Shown here in pieces: positions 24,501-39,262 of a DNA stretch of 64,000 nt; positions within the stretch are counted from its first letter, which is position 1, and every line of letters begins with the position of its first letter. Made by a program: the position numbers and the translations under genes. A model generated the notes under the pieces. It searched no databases. It worked only from the letters and a program-made list of their open reading frames with translations, and was not told the DNA's origin. Source of the DNA: Octopus bimaculoides (Eukaryota); contig NC_068983.1 in the NCBI RefSeq assembly GCF_001194135.2, positions 71,016,791-71,080,790 of the forward strand, in the 5' to 3' direction.

Positions 24501-27500
24501 TCATGCACTTGGGCATCATGTCATGCTCATTATCATGTTATGGCGCCTGTTGCCATCATATTTGGTTCGTGTTTGTAGCATTCTGTCATCTTCTATTATA
24601 TCTAACTTTGTAAGCTAACTAAATGTTTCCAAGTTTAACAATAAGTAGTTTAATAACTACCTACACCTATGAGGAATGAACTATTGAGAGCATGTTAACC
24701 AAGGCAGCAGCACTCTACTAGTGATAGTATGAGAGCTGATCAATCAGCCATCAAAAGTCCTACGAAGTAATAATATAAATACAGTATAAATCACATGGAT
24801 TTTTGTTAAATGATATATAAGCTCGTTAGTCTTCTCCATGTCTATATTTAAATAATTGCACTTTTTCCTACATATCCAAGAAAATTAGATTTAAATTTAC
24901 GTCGCGAAATACTGAAAAATATCTGTGGTCGATTTGAGATAAGACGTTCGTTAACGTCTTGTTTATTCATGTATTTCATTTTTAAAATGGAGTATTCTAA
25001 ACTGCTAACGGGGACATAAATGTTAAAAACTATTCTGAAATGAATCCTGTTTGATTTGTGTATTACTAGTTGACATTTACGCCGGCTGTCATTGTGAATA
25101 ACCACATTTGATTCTTTAGACACGGCCTTTCTTATAAAGGGTATTACAATGTATGTTGACATTTACACAGTTTCTCTATTTCGCATATCAAGGAGAGTTT
25201 CGTTTTATAAAATATAACAATGTAATTTCATAAAATGTTGCATAGAGAATTATATAAAATATAACCTGACAATGTTTCTAGAAAATATGCCAATAGATGG
25301 CGTGTCAACAAGGGAAACAGTTGTATCTCATATACATAACTTCTACAGAAACTGAATGTAGATAAATAGTGGTCTACTTCATCGTAAAGACTCATGAATG
25401 GAAATAAAAGTGATTTACATTGAAAGATATTTAGAATCAATATCGCAGAAGAGGGCCTTATCAGGAAGACAAGCGTAGGCAATTTTTATGTATTTAATTT
25501 ATATTTTGTGTCCCGAAATGCGAATAATGAGATGCAACAATTTTCTGTAATGTCAAACTGCATATACCATTAGCGATTTTACGTCACAGACTTCATTTCG
25601 TTTTCGAAATTTCTCCAGTCTCCTTTGGCAATCATAAAGAGAATGATTCTAAGGCTAAATTCTGCTGTACGTAGTAATAACTATTAAATATGCCTTTTAT
25701 ACAAGCATTTTGTACAATATTAATTTTCATAACGGTCAATATTTAAATTCAGTCTCTTACTCCAGATTTGTTATGAAATAGATAGATTATAAAACTATAT
25801 GAAGTTAAAATCAACCATGTTTAATCTTATATTTTAAAATTACAAATATATTTGTAGTATATGACAGTGTTATATGTGGAAGGTATAAACAATATATAAG
25901 CAACATAATTTAAGCATCTATTAATATACAATTTTGATTCATAAAATTATATAACGTTTTCCTATTTAAAAGTCACTTTTACACTAATTTGTAATTTGAT
26001 ACTGACGATCATGTGACTTGATTGCAGTGTAAAGAGAGAGATGCCCGATGATCACCCGTTGATTCAAGAGCTTCGCTTCCGGCTTGGGCTGCTACCATTG
26101 CTGTCCTGATGCCAGTCACCGTCCGTGCATTCACATCCAATGGAAAATATGAAGAACAGTTTGCTGATGATCAACACATCACAGCTTGATACTACATCAT
26201 TGGCAATGAGTTCAAAGTTTGCCAGGATAAGTAATATTCTTTTGTCTAAGGTCTTTGTGGCTACAAGTGAGGATCAAACTGAACCAGGCTTTTTCTGAGG
26301 TGTATTTGTATATGTGCGAAATTTCTTTTATATTTACTGTGATTTAACTGATAACTCGTAAAGTGAAACAGAGACATTTATTTTTCACCAATATTCACTA
26401 AAGAGAGTCACGCATTTATGGCTGGAAGGGGGTAACATATTTACCATTGTCTTCGCACGATAAAGAGTCTGCTGAAAAGTTTCATCCACCGCCTTTTTAA
26501 ACTTACCAGACATTGCTTTGATGCGTCACGTTTAGTGAGCAGCATCAAGTAATAGTTAAAAGTGAAATTATTGGTAAAATGAAAGAATCATTTTTAGGAA
26601 GGTAACCTTCAAATGATTTGACCTGATAAAAAGTGTATTGTTCCTTTCTACATCGTATTGCTTTTTTTTTTTTTTAGATGAGGTAGAGAGGAATACGGGG
26701 GATGCTAAATAGACATGCTGAACAACATTTATGTTAGTTTGCATGTACGCATTTTTTTACCTGTTCAGATACATAAAATGTATATATGCAGTCTTATATA
26801 CATATATTTTTGTGTGTGCATGTGTTTGGCTGTGGGTCTGGATGCGTATGTTGTGTAAAAATCCAAGACATGTTTGGCTTTAATAATATTCCAATCATTG
26901 CCTCAAAAATCTTTCACGCTAACATTATTTTCATGATTCAGGTAAATTCACAAAATGTTTCTTGTCAAAAATTTTGATACTTTTTCAGACAGAAAAAGAA
27001 AAATCCAGATATGCTTTTTTTTTAACTGTTAAATACTTAATTGTAATGCTGTCTTTTGGTGTTTGGAAAATTTATAACCTTAACGCTTTATCTGCTGACT
27101 GAATGCCGTTTCTAAGCTAATTGTTGAAATATAAATTATCGCAATATAAACCTGTTATTATAATCATTTCAAGTGCAGCGCACAAAGATCTGTCATTCAC
27201 ATTTTGTTATCAACGAGTCAGTTCGCATTAAGATCAGCCCTTTTTTTCAATTCCTTTATAACGTTTCTTGGTTCATCATATAATTCATATTTTTGTAAAA
27301 CTTAAACAATCTCAAACAGCCTTTAGTAGACATAGACCTTATACATCGAGGTTTCTTCTTCCATAAATACACAAATTGATTGTGATTAAATCAATGGTCA
27401 TAAATATTATAACAAATATATATATATCATAAGATGTCTTTTTGTAAAAAAGACAATACATTTGCAATAAATTGTTTAGCAATTGTAGAGAATAACTGAT

Positions 27501-28643
27501 TTCTTTTGACAAAGTATAGAGTCTTAAGTTTAGGTTATATATATATATAAACTTTGCATATTATGCCTCTCTAAAGATTATTAACAGTACAGGTGAACTA
27601 GTGCAATTTCAAAGAAAAATTGCAATCTGATATGTTGATTTACTCATCACAGTTAATTTATTTCTTTAGCAATGCCTAAACGGGAAAACATACCTACAGC
27701 GCTAGGCTGTCCTACCGTGGAAATGTTGGTTAGTATAATCTCCATTCTCAGAGTTAAGCTGTATCAGCAGAAAACTATTTAATTTTCAATGAACCAGTCC
27801 TCCTTTATACTGTATATAAGTACAAAAGTAATGGCCACTGGAATGTTTTTAACAAATTATTTCAATAACATTCGGCGTAGTGAAAGGAAGTTCATTAATT
27901 TCATAAAGATTACAAACATAATGAAAATTCAGTTATGTTTTCATATTAGTGTAACGGATATGCTATTAATCCATCTCATATCTGCAGTAACAAAGTTTAT
28001 TAATATTCACATAGCATACAATTTCACAGAACACCTAACACATTATATACATACACGATTATGAGTCAGAATGTAAAGCAATTTATATTTGCATTATTCC
28101 CTGACATTATTCCCTGTATATATATATATATATATACATATATGTATATGTATGTATGCATGTACATATATATTTACATATACGTATGTGTGTATATATG
28201 GGTGTGTACATAGCTCTAGAAAATACATTATAACGTCATAAAATCAAATCCGCCACATGGCTTCGATTTGTAATTGGCGACATTCATAATTAGCACAATT
28301 CACAAATAAAATGGATTGCAAAATGTAAGCAGTTCATAAGACGTTATTTATTATCCCAACTAAAATGTACACTCTTTATACTTTGTCAGAAGAAACCAAA
28401 ATTACAAATATTTCTATAGTATTCATAATAATGGTCTCAAATCTTGGCACAAGTACAACAGTTTTCAGGCGGGGAGAAAGTCGATTACATCTATGCCAGT
28501 AATACCAACTGATACATATTTTATGAAGCCCGGAATGATGAAGGACAATGCTGATCTTAGCAGTTTCTGAAATCAGAACGTAAGGAGTCAGAAGAAATGC
28601 TGTTAAACATTTGTCCGACACGCTAGCTATTCTTTTAGTGCTT

Positions 28644-28661
28644 ATTATTATTATAATTATA

Positions 28662-28745
<84 letters not shown>

Positions 28746-29135
28746 GAGTGAGTGAGAGAGTAGTGCATGCCATCAAAATGACACTGGGGTAAAATAAACA
28801 AATAAACGAAGCCCAATATAACCATCATGACTACCCGTCTGATAAGGGTACACCAGGCATATGCATCACAACCATATGTACGCGACATGGTGATCTCACA
28901 TCAAGATAAACAGCACATGACCTCGCAGGTGGGGCCTAGTTAGAATTTTCTTCAAGTCGAGTAGCCCATCCCGCTCAAAAGGTCCCTGAATAAGATTTGT
29001 TTAAGGATATTGAGCAAAACACCCATGTTTCCAAAGGTAAATTATTCAAATCCCAAAGAATTCCTCTCAACACATGGCTATAATGCTCCCCCACTACTTT
29101 TGCTCGTGATCAGAGATGCACATATCGTCAGCCAC
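28644..29135 (-). mobile_element. Retroposon 3' end with long (TAA)n tail; truncated by a gap
   Basis: Body 28745-29135 abuts (TTA)n at 28644-28744. A homologous copy lies at 29924-30245. Confidence 0.65.
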
Positions 29136-29790
29136 NNNNNNNNNNNNNNNNNNNNNNNNNNNNNNNNNNNNNNNNNNNNNNNNNNNNNNNNNNNNNNNNN
29201 NNNNNNNNNNNNNNNNNNNNNNNNNNNNNNNNNNNNNNNNNNNNNNNNNNNNNNNNNNNNNNNNNNNNNNNNNNNNNNNNNNNNNNNNNNNNNNNNNNNN
29301 NNNNNNNNNNNNNNNNNNNNNNNNNNNNNNNNNNNNNNNNNNNNNNNNNNNNNNNNNNNNNNNNNNNNNNNNNNNNNNNNNNNNNNNNNNNNNNNNNNNN
29401 NNNNNNNNNNNNNNNNNNNNNNNNNNNNNNNNNNNNNNNNNNNNNNNNNNNNNNNNNNNNNNNNNNNNNNNNNNNNNNNNNNNNNNNNNNNNNNNNNNNN
29501 NNNNNNNNNNNNNNNNNNNNNNNNNNNNNNNNNNNNNNNNNNNNNNNNNNNNNNNNNNNNNNNNNNNNNNNNNNNNNNNNNNNNNNNNNNNNNNNNNNNN
29601 NNNNNNNNNNNNNNNNNNNNNNNNNNNNNNNNNNNNNNNNNNNNNNNNNNNNNNNNNNNNNNNNNNNNNNNNNNNNNNNNNNNNNNNNNNNNNNNNNNNN
29701 NNNNNNNNNNNNNNNNNNNNNNNNNNNNNNNNNNNNNNNNNNNNNNGAAACGTTGTCATCTGTTGGCATTGATACATCAATTAGAAAGCA

Positions 29791-29792
<2 letters not shown>

Positions 29793-29878
<86 letters not shown>

Positions 29879-30245
29879 CATCATCATTATTATTAGTAGT
29901 AGTATTATCATTATTATTATTATAGGCACATGCATCACAACCATATGTGTGAGACATGGTAACCTTATATCAAGATAAAATAACGCATGACTTTACTCAG
30001 TGAGAGTTTTTTGCAGATTGAGTAACCTATCTCGCTCAAAAGGATCCTGAATAAGGTTTGTTTAAGGATGAGGAATGAAACACCAATGTTTCAAACCCCA
30101 AGGTATTCCTCTCAACACATGGCTATGATACTCCCTCAATACTCCTGTTTGTGATCAGAGATGCACATGTCATCAGCCACTAAGGGACTTGTTCAACTAG
30201 TGAAGGTCAGGTAACTGACAAGGAAATCTGTGATATTGAGCAGAA
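29793..30245 (-). mobile_element. Second, more diverged copy of the (TAA)n-tailed retroposon
   Basis: Aligns by eye with 28853-29135 (gcatcacaaccatatgt...gatcagagatgcaca..tc.tcagccac) and also abuts a (TTA)n tract. Confidence 0.65.
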
Positions 30246-30338
30246 TATTTGTTGTAGTCCATCATTTAAACCGAGACAAAACATACACTTCTTAACATTT
30301 CTAATCAATGAATATCAGGAGTCATGAGAGCCACTGTC

Positions 30339-30402
<64 letters not shown>

Positions 30403-30492
30403 CATTCGAAATGAAAAATTTATAGTTTGGTTCTGTATAGTTCTTTTAACGTAATAAAACTTGTATTGTTGAAGAATTTTCAGAATCATATC

Positions 30493-30690
30493 ACTTGGCG
30501 GAATCATTACCGCGCCGGTAACGATATATTTCGACATTACGATCTGAGTCCAAATAGTGCCCAAGTCGATCTTGCCTTTCATCCTTTCGGGGTTTAAAAA
30601 ATAAGTATTGGGTGAGCACTGGGTTGGGTGTAATTGACTTACCCCCTCTCAAGTAATTACCGGTCTTGTGACAAAATTTGCTGCTAATAT
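30493..30690 (+). mobile_element. Degenerate SINE, same family as 764-978
   Basis: gtcgatcttgcctttcatcctttcgggg core. Confidence 0.7.
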
Positions 30691-30952
30691 TAACTTGCAA
30701 AAGTTAGACATAAAATGAGACTGAGGCCAATTCAAAATAATATCAATGTTGCCCTATGGATGTTTCGAGTCAGCTTTTTCTCGATATTCTCGTCCATTTA
30801 ATATAGATTTAATTTCAGAGACATGGAGGAAGATATTTTTCTTTTTATTATTATTATTCTTTTCTTTGCTATTGCAAGAATTTGCACGAATCAGATAGTT
30901 AAAGAGATAAATAGATGTTATTTCTGTTTCATGCTTCCGAGGGAATATATAT

Positions 30953-31021
<69 letters not shown>

Positions 31022-31933
31022 NNNNNNNNNNNNNNNNNNNNNNNNNNNNNNNNNNNNNNNNNNNNNNNNNNNNNNNNNNNNNNNNNNNNNNNNNNNNNNN
31101 NNNNNNNNNNNNNNNNNNNNNNNNNNNNNNNNNNNNNNNNNNNNNNNNNNNNNNNNNNNNNNNNNNNNNNNNNNNNNNNNNNNNNNNNNNNNNNNNNNNN
31201 NNNNNNNNNNNNNNNNNNNNNNNNNNNNNNNNNNNNNNNNNNNNNNNNNNNNNNNNNNNNNNNNNNNNNNNNNNNNNNNNNNNNNNNNNNNNNNNNNNNN
31301 NNNNNNNNNNNNNNNNNNNNNNNNNNNNNNNNNNNNNNNNNNNNNNNNNNNNNNNNNNNNNNNNNNNNNNNNNNNNNNNNNNNNNNNNNNNNNNNNNNNN
31401 NNNNNNNNNNNNNNNNNNNNNNNNNNNNNNNGTGTGTGTCTGGGCGTGTGTGTGTGTACATGTATGTGTTTATGCATATATATATATATATACATAAACG
31501 TGCATACATACATATACATATAATTCATATTTTCTAGCCAAGCATCACACAACAAATGTGAGACCTCACTGGAAACAAGCAAAGATGCAGACAAGAATAT
31601 ATATAGATGCTTATGTTGACAAATGTATATATACGCATAAAATATATGCGCGCGCGTGAGCGTGTGTGAGTGCGTTCGTTAATTCAGGTTGTAGGTATAT
31701 TCTTGTCTGCATTTTTCTGTCATGTATGCAGAGTGATATATTTTCCTATATTTTCGCTTTGAAGATATATGTAAATATACTGACAATTTAATGGAGCAAA
31801 TGAAGAATCGATTAAATACGATTACTGCAATATACAGCGATTCTATTGTCCCAGCTAATTTGAAACACATGGAAGGTAAATACAAAGTCGGTAATGCATC
31901 TCCATTCTATGTCCTCATTACATATACATACAT

Positions 31934-31986
<53 letters not shown>

Positions 31987-32087
31987 GAGAGAGAAAGAGA
32001 TAGATTTATACATACTGTATATACATATATACATACACACACATACACACACATGCACATACGCACCCACATACACATACAAACATG

Positions 32088-32147
<60 letters not shown>

Positions 32148-32751
32148 TGTGTACAAATATAAGTTTATTTTAGCAGAAAAACGGTATATCTATTATGATG
32201 TTGTCGATAGATTTGGGGCTGAATAATGGAGTCTCTTATGTTAATCGTAGAATATATTATAGTAATGAATGGCAGCAGAACTCGGTGGTTAACTTTTTGT
32301 TGACATCATACTGTGTCCACCTTTCTGAGTAGTGAATTGTATCTTGTATAATGAAGATTTCACTACGACTGTCTTTAAAATCTTTACTGTGAATTTCAAT
32401 TGTGAGGCACCCACATTCAACAGTACTAGCTTATTCGTCACAAATAGATTAGAAGCATTCTGTTATCCAGCTGATTTTCTCTAAACCTTCCGCTGAAATT
32501 TTGCCTGCCATAGCAATGGACAAAATTCAGGTTCCTGTCTAAATCCATTAAAAAGAAAATAACCAACGTTTTATTTACTGTCACCCCTACTAAAGAAACA
32601 GTAGTTGAAGGGGTGAAAATAATCCACTTACAATTTAATTTACTCCTGTGATTCCAAATGTTAAGGGACTGTAATTGGTTTCAATGAAGCAGAGGTTGGT
32701 ACACATGCGATAAACCTATCTTCTACATTTAACTACATAAGCGTTATTATA

Positions 32752-32984
32752 ATAATAATATAGATTTAATCAAAAGATTAAATGTGGTACTTAAAATGTT
32801 TGAGGCACCAGAATTTGGTAGGGTAAAAACCAAAAACAAAATCAAGAGATTTGGTGAATAAAATTTGAAGGTATGCAACAAAAATTCAATAGGTTATAGC
32901 AGTACATACGTTTCGTACAAGCTCCAGCTTGTACCAAACGTACGTACTGCTATAACCTATTGAATTTTTGTTGCTTATCTTCAA
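32752..32984. mobile_element. PLE pLTR remnant ending in a 122-bp palindrome, with a 15-bp target-site duplication
   Basis: ataagcgttattata at 32737-32751 and 32985-32999. Palindrome at 32864-32985. Similar to 14855-15000. Confidence 0.75.
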
Positions 32985-35900
32985 ATAAGCGTTATTATAT
33001 GTTATTGCCTAGATATGAATTTTGTAAAACGTTATGTGGTTTATTAAATATCCATTTAAAACAAATCTTGTAATTTGCGTACATGCAGATGCTCAGAATG
33101 ACATTTAAACACCTCATTATCTAGTTATATTTCAAGTTTAAATGAATATATTAAGAATGATAGATCCATGGACGCGAGTACATTTAATTGTAACTGCAAC
33201 GCTGCGTTAATGATTTTAATACTCGACGGTGTGAAATTCACTCATAGTTTAAGAGGATTCACATTTTTATGAGACATTGACTCTGTTTTATTTAAATACA
33301 GTTTCATTGTTTGTAAACAAAACAGCTTACACAGTTCGTGTATGCGTGTGCGTGCGTGCGCGTGCGCGTGTGCGTGTGTTTTTGTGTGTGTTTGTGTGTG
33401 TGTGCGTGTTTGTGTATGTGTGAATATGCTTGTGGGCGTGTGTGTGCCTGCATGTATGTGTGAGCATGTTTGTACTGTGTGAGAGCATATGTGTGAGTGT
33501 ATCTGTGTATCTCGTAGGTGCGTGGTTTCCAGTTCCGGCCCACTAGGGCGGCACACTGGACTAATATTTTCAACTATAGCCTAATATATTACTATATATA
33601 CATGTATATGCATACACATACGTCCATATGTTTCATGTCTAGTAGTCTATCTATCTGTCTTTTACTATATTTATGTATATATGTATATACAAATATTTTT
33701 ACTTGCATTCACACACATTACGCGCGCGCGCGCGCGTACAAACACACATAAACATATCTACATGTACGTACTTATGTATATACATTTCTGCATATATAAA
33801 CAAAGAGAAGATATAAGGAAGGGAAGTGGAAAGGATGTTGGGGATTGGAGGATTTTAAAAATTTCTATGGATTTTGTTATACTTTTACAGGAAATTTCTT
33901 TTTTAGCCAAATTTTATATTCGGTTTGCATGAGTTATCCCAACCAATGCGTCAGTCAGCACATCTCGGATGAATCAGCTACTCTATCCATTCAACCTCGA
34001 AAATGATTGATTTCACTAAATGTTAAACCTATAAAAATATCTCATATATCATGTCTTATTGACCTAAAATGTTTAAAGACAGGTTCATGTATTTAGAATT
34101 GCTATTTGTATTATATTTTACAGGTGCGCAAATTGATGCCCTATTTTATATATTTTAATAGATATACAATATCTAACAGTCTTTGATATGGACATCATAA
34201 TTTATAGAATAATATATATTCCTCTGTTATCATTAATTCCCCAGATATTTGATACTACAAGAAGCAATACAGACAATTAAATGTTTCGCTTTTTTTTCCT
34301 TTTCCGTTCCAAATTTGATATTACTATATCCTTATGAGAATAATCTCAAAATATAAGAAAATCTCATTGATATTCCGTATCAAGCTTCTCTCAAAGAATA
34401 TATATTCTTATGCGATAATACTACCCGTCTATCTGAATGCTATGTAGATCGTCTTTGACACTACATCGAACCATTTAGTACTGTTTATTCAATGAATAGT
34501 ATCAATGTGAAAAATGCTATTATCGATATTAACATTCTATATATTCTTAAAAACAGATTTATATATTTACATTTAAGTAACTTATAAGCATATGTTTTGA
34601 TTTGATTGTCTTCCAAATGTCATTAGTCGTGATTCGCAATTGATTGTGACATTTTGATTTGTATAGCTTTGCCTTTAAAACTGCTATTTCACTATTTCCT
34701 GACCACATTGTGCATAAAGATTTCAGAACTGTCCCACTCACCAGAAATTGTTTGCCCGAGAGAAATTATTCTTACCTTCCTACCATAATCAGTCCGACAC
34801 GCTGTAGGTTTAGTTGATATTCTTATTTTAAGGCAAATAGAATATGAATGTTAAATACTCATATTCATATCATTTTAAATCTTTAATTACATTTTGAAAT
34901 TTCTTCTCAAAATCCGACCAGTTAAACATGCATTCTTTACGATTGTTGAAATTTAGCGAAACGAAATAATTTGTCAAAGCGTAATAAAAAATATTTGATT
35001 ACATCATTGAAGAGTCAAAGTAATATTAAATGTTGATATATTGTTACTTCGTTGCATTGCTTTATATTCTTTTTCGAAACATTCTAATACATCTCAATAA
35101 ATGGCAGCGTGAAACTCAATTCATTCCACTAATATTACCATTTGTTTTTTAACGAGATTGGTTCATTATTATTTGAAGGCTCAAATTACTTTTCACATAT
35201 TTTCAGTATATGGTAATTTTATATTTATTTCATGATTTCATGGGCATTTGTCATCCCGAGATTTTCCAATATTAAGCCATGTCTTGTCGTATGCAGCATT
35301 CTGACAATAAAAAATAATCTATTTGAGTTCTGAAAATTACTTCTTTGTTTCCCATTATTTTATAAATTAAATAATTGAAGAGATGATTTGCAAATGTTAT
35401 CTAAATATAAATTGTTACCACTATTTAAACGTAGGTCTTACTCCTGATGGTACCGTGTGGGTACAGTCATGACGTACGGCGAGAAACATTACAAACAGTT
35501 GATATTAATAGAATATCCGAATATTTTTTTCATAAATTACTTATTCATAACAAAGAGTATTTAGAAGATAGCTCCATATAAGGAAAATATAATAGCTTAT
35601 CATATTGTCGTGTTATAAACATATTTTTACATATTATATATGGGCGCCAAAGTCAATCAAATGTTGGCTCAAAACATATCAAGGATATCCAAAATCTCCA
35701 TGGATAGCAATCTATTATTTCTAATCCCGTAGCTATGTGTTTTTCTTTACTTAATACAAATGGGTCAATTGAAAATTGAAGCTGACTGGTTTTCAAGTAA
35801 GCCAGTGTTACAGAGCTATAATTTCTTGTACAGCTTTAGAACTCACACGTTCTTATTGATATAATGGGAGTTAAACATATTTATATGATGCCAAACAGAA

Positions 35901-37439
35901 AAAAAGTCCAATCTATATGTTCTTTAATAATTGCGCTAAATTATTTATTTTGTGTATTCATATTCTCAGTAAAATATTTCCAACAATGTATTTTTATAAT
36001 ATATGGTTCATTCTTCTTATGCTAGTCTCAAACAAGTTTGTGAATACATCATAAATGTTCATAATTTATTTTTCCAGTATTTTTATTGGTAGTCATACTT
36101 TATTTGTGTGTATTTTGTCAAATTCGCTAATCTTATATTAAGTGTAAATCCCATTCTATTCTATTCCTTAAAATATCCGAAAGTAATGTGATGAATCTTA
36201 AGAAATGTAGTAGTTGTTGACATTTTGAAATTTAATTATTTGTTTGTTTTATGAAACATGATACAGTGTTTTAAAAGCCAGATTAAAATAAACATTCCTA
36301 ATTCCTGGCCATATCTGCCAAAATAATCTTGATCAAGTAAATTATAACTGACAAGATCTGCTTGCCCGCTATACTCAGTTTAACAGTATGCTCTCAGGTG
36401 TAATTACTCAGTACAAAATTCTAGTTATTTCAGGATCATTATTGTTTGCTACTTCGCCAAAATAAAACAGCTCATACACCTGTAGTGACATTTTAGAAAC
36501 ATTATATGATGGTGTATACCAATCTAATTCATAAGGTTCAAAATCTGTCTGCTGAAAATGTACATTGCTCGGTGATAAATACTTTCGGCTCGCGCCAGCA
36601 TTTTCATTTACATTTGCTGATATCAAAAGCGAGATGAGTAACTTACAGGGTAATGCAATTCACTAAAAATTAAAGACAATATAAGTGGGCTTTTGTGTTA
36701 AAGTGATGCTTTCTATTTGTTTCAAAATTAATTTGAAAGCATTTTATTCTAACTTCTTCAATGAAATAACGTAAATAGAATATTAATAGTCTGATATTTT
36801 GTTTTATATAATATCTACATAACTGTATTTGAGTTTAATATAAGTACACTTAATTATTAACTTCAACAATATTTGTTGTTAGCTCTAAATTAAAATCTAA
36901 TTCAGTTTGAGTCAATTTTTGCTTTCAATGTATAGAGTATGGAAAGTTCAAAGCAGCTTGCTATAATTAGATGGGCATTATCAGCTGTACAGATGATTAC
37001 GTGATATATTCACGTGAAACTTCACGCATTCTGGTGACATGTACCTTACAGTATATTTATATGGATTATAAACTTTCCCATATGGTATATTGAATGAATT
37101 GCTGCGATATTATAGATGTTCATACAGTATGATGATTAGCTTGTATGATAGGGTCATACAAAATGTCCGTATAAAATGATCATTTGACGTCCAATATCCA
37201 ATATCTCTCAAGGAGCATATTAAAAATGCAATTTCTAAATTTATTGTATCAACGTCTATCAAAACATGGATTACTTGAGATATTATGTATTTTCTTTTCC
37301 CTTTATTTTGAATTATATTACAAATGACATCTGTATGAAATGATATTAACCTTAGAAAAATTAATGGGTAAAGATTAACGAATTCTTATATATGTTGATA
37401 TCTGCTGTAGCCTTGCGGATTCCAAAGCAATTAACCTGA

Positions 37440-37960
37440 AGTTACAAAACAGGAAAAAACTAGAATTTGAACATATATAAAATTGCAGGAAACGGTAATA
37501 AACTTTGAATCTGCTTAACATGTAAATCTAACAACCATACTTTGAATGTTTTAAAATAGTATTTCTTCGGTAATTTCCATACAACAGTTACTAGAAAAAG
37601 GATTACGTTGCAAAGAGTAAAATAGAGATATGTTGTGACAAAGATTCCCGTGAAATGGTTGAAATTCAATTGAATATCATAATTTACTTGACATTATACT
37701 TCGTAATGTTCGGAATGCATCCAACATATGGAAAAGGATGCAAATAGATAGTGTAAGTTGTAAGCTCGTAAGTTTCATTTAGATCATTAAATAAGAGTTT
37801 TATATTTGCGTTTTCTCGCAGAAAAAATATAACATCTAATGCGGAAGTCTAGTAATTTTAAAGATTTCTATATGATTTCGGTTTTATTGAATATTTGCAT
37901 GTTATTTCCAATGTATCCGAATACTGAATCTATCTAGCTATTAACAGTGCGAGCGAACGC
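37440..37960 (-). pseudogene. Possible decayed EGF and FN3-like exons
   Basis: Fragments GYIGNN(M)QI, KLLFNDLNETYELTTYTIYLHPF and TVVWKLPKKYYFKTFK. A canonical GT-AG 105-nt intron-like segment at 37436-37540. The phases do not join cleanly. Confidence 0.25.
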
Positions 37961-38960
37961 TACACACAAGATTGTGGAGAAAAAGGACGAGCTATGATAT
38001 TAACCTTCGTGTCAGGATACGTTCATGCTTTGGCAAAGTTCACCATTCTAAGAGAGTATCAATATTATATATATGAATGTTTGTCTTTGAACCTAATCAT
38101 ACTGCTCGGCAATCGAAAAAAAATGTGAGAGTGTCGGGTCGAACTAACAGACGGCGTTTTAGTGAAATTCCTTCTTGAATAATATATTTCTATTCAATGA
38201 GTCAGACAAATTGGGTATTTTTATATGCGCTGTTCAAGAATCAACGATTTATTACATCGTTCAGGAATCGAAAGAAGTTTAATGTTCGTCCCAATTATTT
38301 AGAATTGCTTCTACATAGAATGCTTTAAAATATATCAACAAAAATCTTATTATAGTACTTTAACATAAGAGATGATATACTTCTTTTAGTTTTGGCTGCC
38401 AATGAATTAAAATGTTTAACTGACCTATAAGCTAGTGATACGTTAATTCATACGCCGTTTACAAGTAAACACACTTTTATTCTGCCGTTTCCATCCACAG
38501 GAATATGTAAAATGTAATTTAAAGGTGTCTTTTTGTATATAGTTCTGCAAAAAGTAAATAATTCAAACATCTGAAACTTTCATGGTGAACAGTTAATGAG
38601 TACGCCTGTTTTGCGTTTATTTTAAATCTCATGAAATATAAATTTATTGGAGAAATTCACTGGGCTAATTTAGTTTTTCCCTCGTTTTATAGCGCAAATT
38701 ATGAGACCGTTCCCTAAAATGTAATAAATTTACATATTGGATATTGTTTTGAGTATTATCATATTAAAGAAAGAACGAGAGCATTAAGGAATAAATAATC
38801 TTGGGATCCTTTGAAAAGATTCCAAGATTATTTCTTGACACTGAGTAAATGAATCTTGTAATTCAACAGACCAATGAGAATGGTTTTAGATAATTTTATG
38901 AGATTATTTTACAATATTTATATAATATTAATGACACTACCACCAACACCATTTCTGCTT

Positions 38961-39262
<302 letters not shown>

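Noticed and set aside
25060-25160. EGF-kringle-like peptides YAGCHCE and HGLSYKGYYNV on the plus strand
   Set aside because: Different frames, short, and no downstream kringle motifs.
26150-26190. CTGATGA followed by a tcaa/ttga stem
   Set aside because: No GAAA follows.
30120-30180. Minus-strand CTGATGA (CTGACGA in the 29.1 kb copy)
   Set aside because: No GAAA box or closing stems at a suitable distance.
36408-36626. 72-aa minus-strand ORF as a standalone gene
   Set aside because: Starts at a non-ATG codon and has no recognisable domain; at best part of the putative fossil gene.
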